The notes under the pieces are model-generated. The model saw nothing but the letters and a program-made list of their open reading frames with translations, was not told where the DNA came from and did not search any database. Positions 49,801 through 61,800 of a stretch of DNA of 64,000 bases are shown in pieces (position 1 is the stretch's first letter; every line of letters begins with the position of its first letter). The stretch comes from Tubiluchus corallicola (Eukaryota > Animalia > Priapulida), in the NCBI GenBank assembly GCA_030141605.1, contig JAQGDQ010000119.1, positions 491,005 through 555,004 of the forward strand, written 5' to 3'. The position numbers and the translations under genes were made by a program.

Positions 49801-52800
49801 CTAACACATACAAGTAACTTTGCTAAGCAGCATGTAATGTTAAAATTTCCAGCTTTCGTTCTGCTAATGACGGCAAACCAGCGGTTACTGTTATCAAAAT
49901 AACAGTTTTATATTTACGATTATAAAAGAAATAACAGAAACTATACTTATTTAATACAGAATAGACTAACTATCCAGAACCTATTATAACGTACAATTTG
50001 CGTTTTATTTTTTCAACATAAGTATACTGTAAGATAACGGTACTTTAAGATCAAACTGCCGGTAAAATAAAAAGTTACAACAACAGAAATGGAACAAAAG
50101 TATAGAAACTCACCTTAGCGTTGTTGTTGGTCATCATGGATCTCATGAATACTGTGGACAGACTCCGTGGTACAGCCCAGTGCATTATTTTTGGTATGGT
50201 TGTCTCCGTAGCCGACATCGTTGGAAGTTTTCTTTTTCGCCTTTTTCCGAATTTTCTTTTTATTCTATCTGAGATCAGTGTTGTCTGTATCTGTACACGT
50301 TCCTGTTACCAACAAAGGCAAGTTGTTTAATAAATAGTAGACACATAAAGTTAATGATGCCTGAAACTGGACATTGCACCGGCGGCTACTCAGGAGAGCA
50401 GCTGGGAGGACGCTCGTGCGACTTGTCGCACCATGAATCACTCGCGGTAATCGATAATAAAGATGCCCGGCAGGTAACTTTGGAACTTAGACAACACTGG
50501 TGTTTTCTGCTTTTCGCATTCTTACACTACTGTCGCTGAATGTCCTTAAAATAGCACACTGCGTAAAATACTGTCCTGTTACTGACTTACTGCTACTCTG
50601 TCACTTTAAATAAGCTGTTTTTTTATCCCTTTGTCGTTTAGTTAGTTAGCTTCTAACTGTTCCCGCCAGCGCCGGTACTTTTCCACGACTTTTCCGTTCG
50701 TTTCATTGCGACTCGTAAAAATTCCTGGGGCGCGAAATAACGTCGAAATGTTTGTTTCATGTGGCAGTTAGTAGAAATTGCTAATCTGGGTTAACCTTGC
50801 TGCCACAGCAAACTGCTAATGTTGACATATTTTTCTAGATTAGCCACTCACTTAGTTGGAATAAGATGGGTGGCTAGGTAATAAATAGCACAGTGTTGGT
50901 CTGCTGTTTAATAACCAAGTTAGAATCAGAATTATATGTTTGTCTTCCAAATAAATACGAAAAATATATAACAATATTTAAAGAAGGGCGGAATAGCAAA
51001 AAACCAAAATGATCATCTAGTCTGCCATCCCTAAACAATGAAACTGCCAATTTTTGCATGGCGCGTGAGCTTAATTTTGGAAAAAAATGAAGAATGTAGG
51101 CAAAGAATTAAAATGATGGCAAGCAATTGTAGAAAATACAATATTATACAAATGACGCAAAACAAATGTGAAAAATAAAAGCAGATCAATATTCAATGAG
51201 CAAGCGTACACATGGTTGTATCCAAATACATTTAAAGCAAATTGATAACAATTTAATCAAGAGAACCATTGACGCGAAGTAGTGTGTACTTGTAAGTTCA
51301 GATTGTTTTTAAATTTACTGAATAAGAGATAAAACCGTAAAAAAGCAAATTATTAGCCTGCTGTTTATGTCTGAAAATTTTGAACTGAACTACAACTAAA
51401 CAGTACCTTGAAGGTGTGAACTGCAATGCATTGGAGCAGTATATGAGTGCATGGTTGCTATAATGTGCAAACTGTTAAATCAACTTGACAATTGTGTTTC
51501 TGACAGGTCAGAAAATGAAAATTTTGCAAAAAATTGTTGAAAATGACTGATGTCAAGTTGTAACTACTAGCATTAAGTCAATAAATCATTTATTTAGCCA
51601 GTCATCTACTTATAATCAGTCTGTCTATCTGCTAAGCAGTTTATCTTGAGTGAGTTACTTAACCAGTCTGTCTATCTCCTAAGCAGTTTGTTACTAGATG
51701 ATTTGGCAGTCGGTTAATTAGTCATTTGGGTATTAATGACTGGCAAACCAATGATCAACCATTCGTTGTGAGTTGCACTGTCAGATGTGCAAGTTACTCA
51801 GCATTATCATTGATAATCATTTAGTTAGCCAGCTGTTCATGTTAGTTAACCAACCATGCATGTTAGTTAGTTAGTTAGTAAGTTGGTCATTAAAGTAGTC
51901 AGTCACTAATAGTTTGGTAAGTTATTCAGCCAGTAATCTAGTCAGTCAGTAAATTGCTCAACTGGTCAGTAAGATAAGATGCCATGTGTTTTGGTTAACT
52001 GGTCATTCATGTCATTTAGTCAGTAAGTCAGTGAATTATGCAGCCATTCGGTCACATAGATGTGATATTTTTTGTATTTGCAATACAGGCCTTCAAGCAT
52101 CATAACAAAAAATAGCACGCAGCTAGACTTTACTGAGCTGACAATTAGTTGGCAAAAGAGTCTTAAGAAGTCCTTGTTATTGTGCAAAACAAGTTGTTCA
52201 ACAGTGTCCTTAATATATCGAACCCAAAGATAATAAACTGAAGATCATAAAGTTTATGATCATAAGATCATAAACTCAAGATCATAAAAGACGTGTTATG
52301 TTTTTATATTTGCAGGAGTTACACCAGGAGTATTTGTCCAGCTTAGAGGCGACCCACCAATTGCAGCAGAAATGCCTCGTCCAACTGGAGCAACAAAAAC
52401 AGCAGCTGGAAGCTGTAATGCAACAAATGCATATGTATGGTATAAGTTTGTATGTAGCATTGTGGCAGAAGCCAAAATGTCTTGCGCCAGTTCTGACCTA
52501 GTTTACTTGATTAGAAATAGCAATTAAAAAGAAGTTACATTGCTGGTCTATGGCATGCAGAATAAACGCTTAAAATTGATTTTCATCATGGAAGCGTTAC
52601 AAATGGCAAAAGTAATGCAGTAATAAACCTATTTCAATAAGACTGCGTCACAATGCGATGAGCTGAGTTTTAATGAGACATTCGATGAATGGCTAGTGAC
52701 GCCATCTGTGTGAAAACAACAAAAACACGTCACGTTTAATACAATTTTGATGCATTTATTTAATGTATTTATATACAGTGAAATGACCTTTCCACATAAT

Positions 52801-55800
52801 AAACTGTCATGCCTTTTGCTAAAGTAAGACATACCTAACCCCATCTTTCAGGATTGGGTAAACTTTATGGTTTTACTCGCTTTAAATGCAGGTAATGCAT
52901 GTACCATCTACACTCCACAGTCATTATGAACTTTATAATATATGTATGAATGGAAATAAAAAATCTTGTAATAATGAAAAACCTTTCCTTTCTTTTCTTC
53001 TCCTCTTTGCTTTTCTTTTCTTTTCTCTTTTTTGTTTCCTTTCTATTCCTCTCTTTCCCTTCCCCTTCCTTTCTGTTCCGTTCCTTTCCTTTGCTTTACT
53101 TTTCTTTATTTTCCTTTTCTTGCCTTCATTTCCTTCCTTTCCCCTCTTTACCTTCCTTTCCTTTTCCTTTTGTTTTCTTTTTATGTGGAATTTTTTACCA
53201 GTTTATTCGTTCTTGTCATTAAGAATAATGTCTACATGTTACGTTATAGTACGTTTTAAAACTATTCAGTAGTCCACATAAACTTGTAGTTCATGTTTAG
53301 ATGTAGATTTAGTATTTCTTCTTTTCAACCGTAATTTTCGTTCATTCCTTTACTATGACTTTAGTTCGTTGTCAAGTCCATTGTCAAGGCAAGGAAGCAG
53401 CATAATAACAGAAGACAGCACCGAAAGTGAAACAGCAGTAAACACGATAAAGAAAGAGATGCTTCTTAGAGAAGTCCAGCTGCAAGACATTGAAGGGACA
53501 TTACCTAGAGAGAGTGGGTAAGCTATTCAGTTAACCGTGGACTTTTGCAAACTCTTAACAGGTAAAAAATGCTTAGAAAGTATTGCTCAATTCTGTTTGG
53601 TTATTTGCTTGTGAAGTAGCCTAATAAGGAGGTCCATTTCGCCATGATGTTTTTGTTATTCTTATAATATGTTTTTGATTGCCTTTAACTGTACATGTGT
53701 AATAAGTGTGACTCTGTCTGCTTGTTAAAGTAGCCTGTTAAAAAGAGCCTCTGTTTCTCCGTGTAGAAGCCCACAAATGTAATTTGATAAAATCACACAC
53801 GCCCTATCTCCAGTTCTGTACGTGGCAATCACAGGAAATGGAGCAAGCGAGAAACCAAATGCTTCATATTCCGGACTAGTTTAGAAAGGGAAAGGAAGGT
53901 GAATTTTTAACACACATCATGAAAAACTGTGTAGGAAAACTATCTAGTAAGAGATATGGTACAACAGTTGCCCAAAAATCAGACCAAATCAATACTTTTT
54001 TGGATTATTTACATCTGTATAACCAGTTTAGTACCTTACACTGCAGAGAATGTGTCACTTAGAATTATTAGCCAAACGATAAATTGATGATCATTTGTAC
54101 TCTTTGCAATGGATTCATTGTTTAATGATACATTCGTTATTTCATTCGATTGATTGCTTTGTTGGTAAACAACTGTATTGCTGCTGTACTAACTGTGAAG
54201 GCGATTAATCGATGGACAGGTGTGAATAATTGATTGACTGTGTGAGACTCACTTATTTGCTTAGTGTCATTAAAAATTTAAAACAGTCTTTGTCCAAATC
54301 TCCTGTCCTTCAGCACTACACTGTTGCTGGCTTCGCTGTGGAGTGTGACATCTTAATTTAATGTCATTTCGGAGGTGGGTCATTGGCCCTTTTATTCCTG
54401 TTTTACAAAAATTGCATAACAAGAACTTTGCTTGGTACTGCAGACAAAATGTGCAAGTAGAAAAATAATCTGAAATATTTGGACGTTTCTTTTTATGTTC
54501 TTATTACGCATTTAATATACATGCTGGTTGAGCAGCTTTGTAAGCATTGCTTTGTAGCAAATTTATTTATATCATGCAGAAGTGCTCAACACCATGAATA
54601 CAGTGTGCCTAAATGCTATTAACAAAACTGAGAATGATGGCTAAGTAAACACAAGTATGAATAAATTATGACATTTTAATTCATTTTAATTTATTTCTGT
54701 AGGAAATATCTCAAAGTTATATTGGGTAATATAAACGTATCTCTTCTTGACAAAGGAAAAAAGTGAGTAATGTATTTAACTCCTGCATTTATTCATTTTT
54801 TATCCTTTTATCCTTACGTGGTCAGATTGTGGTGAATAACCAAGTAGTCATGCGCATTTTATTCGCATATGACGCGATCACCTTGGCAGTTTCATTCACC
54901 ATGTTAACTGTGCTGGAGTGTCTGTTTTAAGGGGTATTTTACACAAGGGCTCAACAAGCAGCTTGAGAGCATTTTGGAGAAACTTTTTGAGGCAATTTTT
55001 GTGTTCTGCAACAACTTACGTTGATTGGGACAAATAAGCTTTCACAATGTTTTTCTAGACTGAATCATTTCTTAAGATGCAATTTAATCAACTTTTTGCA
55101 GATTATGTTCAAAGACGAATTTCTTTTTGTGTCTGTTGCACATTTCATGGCATTTTGAGGGCATCTGAGAGCACTTGATTCAATTTTTTACATGCAATTG
55201 CTTTAACTCTGTTTTTTATCAAACTTGTAAATGATCATACTTTCAAATGAACAAAGTTCACATCACTTTTTAATAAAACGGTAGACAACAGTAAGAATTT
55301 TCGTAAAATAAACTTGCCAGAATAAAGTGTGCTCAATATTAGTTGCAGGGAACAGGTACTGAGATGTTAATCACACTTATCCGTCAGCTAGTTGAACCTA
55401 CGAAGCTATTTCGTACAAGCTGAAAATTCTTAAATCTATATGCAGTGGCTGAAAATAAATAGCACTTTAGCATTGTGACAATATATTTCAAATTCAAGAG
55501 TTCAAAAAAATAATATTGTTCTGACTGAAATTTGATCAGTAACAAGTCTGATGAAAACAGAGTTTAAGTACGTAAAAAATTGAATTTAAAGTGCTCTCAG
55601 ATGAAAGTGGAAAATTACCTACTGTAACACTATTATAAAACTACAGATTGTAGGTGGGCTAAGCGGGAGGGCCTAGGAAGTGTATACCCCACCCAGTTTC
55701 TATTATTAAAAAATGGCCCTGAACTGCAGTTGTTAACGTAATAAAGGGAGGATGTATTTTTTCATGTATTTATTTACTTATAATTATTTACTAAAAGATA

Positions 55801-58800
55801 TTTAATTCTATGAGATTAGTAGCTCGTGACTTAATAAGAATACTAATTAAAGTATCACTTGTAAAAATGGCTTAAAAGTTTGCATTTAAATCAGTATGTA
55901 TGCAAGTATATTGTGTAGTTACTAGTTACAATACAAAACTTTCAAAAGTTTTTCTGTCACTTTGGTTTCCTGTTTTAGTTCTAACCCCAAAGCTGCTTCA
56001 AATACTGCTGTTTGACTGTCTTCCATTACCTTGTACAACATACATGTGAAAATTGTTCTGAAGAAAACAAAGGTGTAAGTTTTGGAAAGAGGGCTGTTTT
56101 AACCCAATGGCATGCTGGGCAGTAGCCAGTTAGGACCACAAACATAATGGCCCCATACTAATCTATGCATGTTGTGTCTTGCTGTTAATAGTTACTGTAC
56201 TATACTAAATGTAAATTGTGTTTATGAGAATTTCCCAGCATTGTAGAAAAAATAATTTCGGATAATTTGAAGTCTGTGTTTCTCGGTGTTGAAATTGCAC
56301 TCAGAGTGTTCATGTGCATGATGGTGACCAACTGTGCAGAAGAACGTTCTCTTTCAAGACTGAAACTTATAAAAAATCAGCTTCATAGCACAATGAGGCA
56401 GCAGCATTCGAACTGGCTTTCATTCATGTGTATAAAAAATGACATTCTGAAGATCATTGACTTTAAGTCGTCAATTATAACATAAAACAATTCTCTACAA
56501 AGAAATTTTGTAAAGTTTTTTGTTAAACCTTTGATTAATACCAAATAATTCATAGTAATTTCATGCTGTGCCATCTGCATCTGTATGTTTACCAACTGAG
56601 TCTCATTTACATGTTGACATTTTTGTTTTTCAAGGCTCATTTTATATTGTTGTTATGTTTTTGTTGATTAATTTATGCTGTATGGTATGTTTTTTGATGT
56701 TTAAACATTGATATCAACCTTTATTATATTATCAACAATATATTGTACTACATTTTTATTCCTGTGAGTGGTTGTGTAGGTAGGGGCCCCCATGCACTGC
56801 TTTGTCTGGTGTCCTATAATGCTGTTAGGACGACTGTTTGGAAACCTACTGTTGTCATTACCGTACCTGGTACAGAGTGGGCTTGTGATTTTCAGTAAAA
56901 TTACCGCATTTTGTTTCAGATTCAAGTACAAGGAAGAGTATGAAAAGTTTAAACTCATTCTAACGATGATCTCCATAGCTGTAGCGCTTCTTACATTTGT
57001 TTTCCCTTATAGGTGGGTTCTTAATGTTGTTATAGTTATTGTAATGGTGTTTAATTTTGATTCGTTTTTGTGATGTTGAGCTGCTTCATTATCATTTATA
57101 CCCTATAGACTGTTGCTGGTGCCTAATCCAGTCTTATGTTACCATATGTTAAAGTGTAAATGTAACATATTAGAAAAATCACAAAATAGCAATATAAAAT
57201 AAGGCCGATGAAAAAGCTTGTGTTCTAGTAACATAACGATATATATATATATTGAAAATAAATGTTGGCGCTTGAAAAAAAATCGATTGTTTTGTTTAGT
57301 TTTCTAGACAATCTAGAAATAAAGCTTAAGCTAGCTGAATCTAGCTTAAACTAGTTAAAACAGCAAGCATACCTGGCTTGTAATTATTTACTATTCTTTA
57401 TATCTTTCTTTATTTTTTGTTGTGTTGTTGACCCAGTTATTAGTTCTAAGAATCATTATAACTGTGGTAGTTTGTGGTAACTCAATTGTGAGTGGCTAAT
57501 TGATATTATGTATAATATCTTAGTTGATATTGACATGATAAATGAAAAAAAGCCTCAGTGACAGTAATTTCTTTGAATGCTTTTCAAAAAATATTATGGT
57601 TATCAAATGAAATAGCACGGGGTGTTCGTGCACTGTTTCAAAATTTAAAAAAAATTACAAAAAATTTCTGTAATGATTTGACAGTCATCAAGAGTGCTAA
57701 TGTCTCGCTGCAGCACAACTTCTGCAGGCTGTTCTGTAAGAGTTTTTTTGTACTATCGTGAGTGAGTTTCAAGTTTGAGGTGATGAACTTTTTATTCTTC
57801 TCTTAATTGTTGTTGTTCATTTTAACCCTAGGTTTTTAGATGCTATCTTCCATTTTCTTCTGGTATGGTACTACTGTACATTAACAATAAGGGAGAGCAT
57901 ACTGCGAGTCAATGGTTCCAGAATCAGGGGCTGGTGGAGAGTCCATCATGTCATTTCCACTGTTGTAACTGGAATCATGATAACTTGGTAAGACGCAAAT
58001 AGAGAGGCTTTTGTTGTATATATCTATTTTTATCAATAAACAGATTTAATAAATAAAATAAATTGGTAAGACATTAATGTGCTACGTTATCTTTGCACTA
58101 TAATCATTAACCAACGAGTTGATTAAAGACTATTCAGTCTAACCCGTTTGACAGTCCATTTTGTTAATTAGAGAACTAATTAATCAGCCTCTGGAATAGC
58201 TGACAATACAAATGACACAAAAAAATGGACCTACTGTTTTCTCTGCCGACCATGTCAGCAGATTTGTGTGTGTAAAAGAGAGTAATTATAGAATGTGTGC
58301 ACTGTTGCTGATCTTGTTGACCAGTTCTCTTCATGTCTGCCCTGTTGCCGATCTTGTTGACCAGTTCTCTTCATGTCTGCCCTGTTGCCGATCTTGTTGA
58401 TCAGTTCTCTTCATGTCTGCACTGTTGCCGATCTTGTTGACCAGTTCTCTTCATGTCTGCACTGTTGCCGATCTTGTTGACCAGTTCTCTTCATGTCTGC
58501 ACTGTTGCTGATCTTGTTGACCAGTTCTCTTCATGTCTGCACTGTTGCCGATCTTGTTGACCAGTTCTCTTCATGTCTGCACTGTTGCCGATCTTGTTGA
58601 TCAGTTCTCTTCATGTCTGCACTGTTGCCGATCTTGTTGACCAGTTCTCTTCATGTCTGCCCTGTTGCCGATCTTGTAGACCAGTTCTCTTCATGTCTGC
58701 ACTGTTGCTGATCTTGTTGACCAGTTCTCTTCATGTCTGCACTGTTGCCGATCTTGTTGACCAGTTCTCTTCATGTCTGCCCTGTTGCCGATCTTGTTGA

Positions 58801-61800
58801 CCAGTTCTCTTCATGTCTGCCCTGTTGCCGATCTTGTTGACCAGTTCTCTTCATGTCTGCACTGTTGCCGATCTTGTAGACCAGTTCTCTTCATGTCTGC
58901 ACTGTTGCCGATCTTGTTGACCAGTTCTCTTCATCAGAATAATGGTGCTACGGATGCATGTTGTGGCTGTTGTTTGAGAAGCACTCTCATTTTTGCTTAG
59001 GCGTTGAGGGCATAGCCTTTGCTGAATAAGCTATTCTTTTTTCCAGAGTCAATGGGAGCTACAAATAGTCTTTGAATTGGGAATCTTAGTGTAATAAAAA
59101 AATTAACACCAATGGTACACTAAACATCAACATTTTATGACCACTCTGCATTATGATCTTGCGACGCATCAGCTTTTTTCTTTGCGAATAAAACAAAAAA
59201 GCAGAAAAATTGCAAGATCATGATATAGAGTGGTAGTAAAATGTTGATGTTTGGTGCACCATTTGTGCTAATTTTTTTCTTTGCTATTTGCTATAGCTAT
59301 TATAGAATCATTGGCACTGTTCAAAGTTTTATTTTTTTAATATTTTTTCTAAATATGTAACATAGTAAAAGAGATGTGCAATGTAGTGAGTCGTATAAAA
59401 TATACTTAAAAATTTATAGTATAATGTTTAAACCTGTCAGCATTTCGTGAGAAATTAACGGTTTAATTTACTTTAGTGTTGACATTACATAAGTTATCAT
59501 TTGCTGTTCATAATTTATTTAGGTTTGTAGGCCATTTTTACCATTTTCTTTATCTTGTGGACAGGGCTGGATTACCCTATAGGCTAGTATAGGCTGCAGC
59601 CTAAGGCCCCTCAAGCTAGGGATGTCCGTACTTTTCATTGCTGAATAATTCATATAACTTAAAATAAAATTTCAACTTTAAAAAAGAGGCCAAGACATCT
59701 GAAAATCCAATTTTAAAGTTGCTCCTCATTTGAGATAAAGGATCTCTGTTTGAGGCATTTTATTTGAGACAAAAGGCCGTTGTTTGGAGCCCTTTATTTA
59801 AAATAAAAAATATTCGAGACGAGTGCGAGCAAATTAAGAGAGTGCATCCGCCTGAGGGAGCCCCATAATTTCATTAACTTAGGGGCCCAAAAGGTCATAA
59901 TCCAGACCTGCTTATGAATTAGTGACTTTGCATTGTAAATTAAACCTTGGTTGTTCTGATACAGAATGAACAGTTTTTAATTGTTTTAGTGATGTTTATG
60001 GAGTTTGTTTATTATTACGTAATCTGCAATTGTTTATTTACATTTACAATTTGGAAGTCATTTTGTTTTTACGTTTTAGGTCAGACGGGGTAATTTATCA
60101 AGAATTTAGACAAGATTTCATACCATTTTGCTTGTATATATGTAAGTGCTAATTATTAAATTAATGTGTAATAACTCTCGCAGTATTTATAGCAAAAAAC
60201 TTTGCATCACCAACACTTTTTAGTAAACGTTGAAAGAACATGTGTTAAAATGATATTCCAATCACTTTTGTAAAATTGTTGAGTAATTAGCTAAATAATT
60301 GCTGGATTTTACTTACACCAGTTGCTTTATACACACAGTTCGGCGATCAGGCGGCCATTCACTGATGACATCACGGCAGGAAACTTGAAAAGACTGACAC
60401 TATTGCTTGTTGCTTTACTACACCTCCCTACATCACAAATTCTGGACATTTTGCACACGCATAACGTCCAAAAAATTACCCAACACAAAACAAATTTCTC
60501 TTCTTTCAACATTTCTACACACGGCAGCTCATCAGCCAGATCTGATATGCCACCACACTAAACACAAGCACAGACATCGCATAATACTTTTTGGTCAATC
60601 CTGCCGTGACATTACCTACTGCACGCATTTAACGCTTGGCGAGTAGAAGTACGGTACCATAAATGTTCGAGTGCTGAGATTTAGCACGTTTTATTAATTA
60701 ATTCACATAATTGCCGTAATTCATATAAAATTTTTCATATTGATAAAAATTTACTTTAAGTTTAGGTGTTTTAGGTCATTGTCCCTTTTTTACAGATAAG
60801 ATCAGAACCTATTAGTGAGTCATCCTGCAATACAAATGCTTTTCTTCTGCTGGAGTGGTGAAAATGAAGTGTTTTTATGTATGCAACCTATGACTATTCT
60901 TTATATGTAGAAACTGACAAAGATGTCTAACTGTAAAAAGAAAATCCATATAATTGTCTTTCATTAGGCTTCATCTTTTTCAGCTATCATTCAGCTGCTT
61001 CAGTATCAGTACCAGAAGGGATGTTTGTATCGCCTAAAAGCTCTGGGAGAGAAGAAGCACACTATGGATGTGACTGTAGGTAGGTAAAGGTCAAGTAATG
61101 AAGGTCAAGGTCAAGTTGAAGCAGTTATCGAACAGCGGTGCTTTTGTAGTCTTACATTTGACATGTGTTTAAGAGTAATTTTTGCAATTGTTTGCCCCAA
61201 GCTTGCCATCTGGCACTTTTTGGAGGATTGTTTGGACAAAATTAGTTAGTTCTTGAATACAACACTTGTACTGAAGTGTTTACAGACGATTTTTGGCAGC
61301 AATATTGGTGATGGTGACTATAAGCTGGCTTTGAATGCTGTGATGTAACTATTATTTCAAGAACAATATAGTAACATAATTTATTTAAGGCTAAAGATTG
61401 GCAAAGAACTGCATTAGGTATGCACCGGATCCTGTTCTGGATTCTGAGGTCCGGATCCGGTAAAAACGTTCGTCGAATTTTGTACTGCTTGTATTTCTAT
61501 TTCTCTATATGGAAGTCTCTAACAATTGCGAAAAAAATTAGAGAGGCTAAGAAAAAATAGATAACCCCTTCAGTCTCCACTGCCATGAGTTTGTGCTTTA
61601 ATCTTACTGACCTAATTTAAACTAATCGATTTTGTTGTTTAGCATATAGTTAAGCAGGTGTCGCTTTTTAGTTTCCTGTTTTAATTCATTTATCGTGCTT
61701 CTGTTTTGCAGATGGCTTTCATCAGTGGATGTGGAAAGGACTCGGTTTCCTGTTGCCATTCCTGTTTATAGGATACGTAAGGATCAACTTCAGTTATTGT

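Noticed and set aside
58293-58934. CRISPR-like array, and the repetitive ORFs 58212-59000
   Set aside because: The units are contiguous with no unique spacers, there are no cas genes, and the array is in a eukaryotic intron. The ORFs are translations of the minisatellite.
60362-60385. Hammerhead-like CTGATGA...GAAAC (also ctgaaaga at about 7007)
   Set aside because: Stem II and the flanking stems do not form, and the 7007 site does not match CUGANGA.
61416-61465. hAT-like left terminus (taggtatgcaccggatcc with ccggat repeats)
   Set aside because: No matching right terminus or target duplication was found; too short to delimit as a feature.
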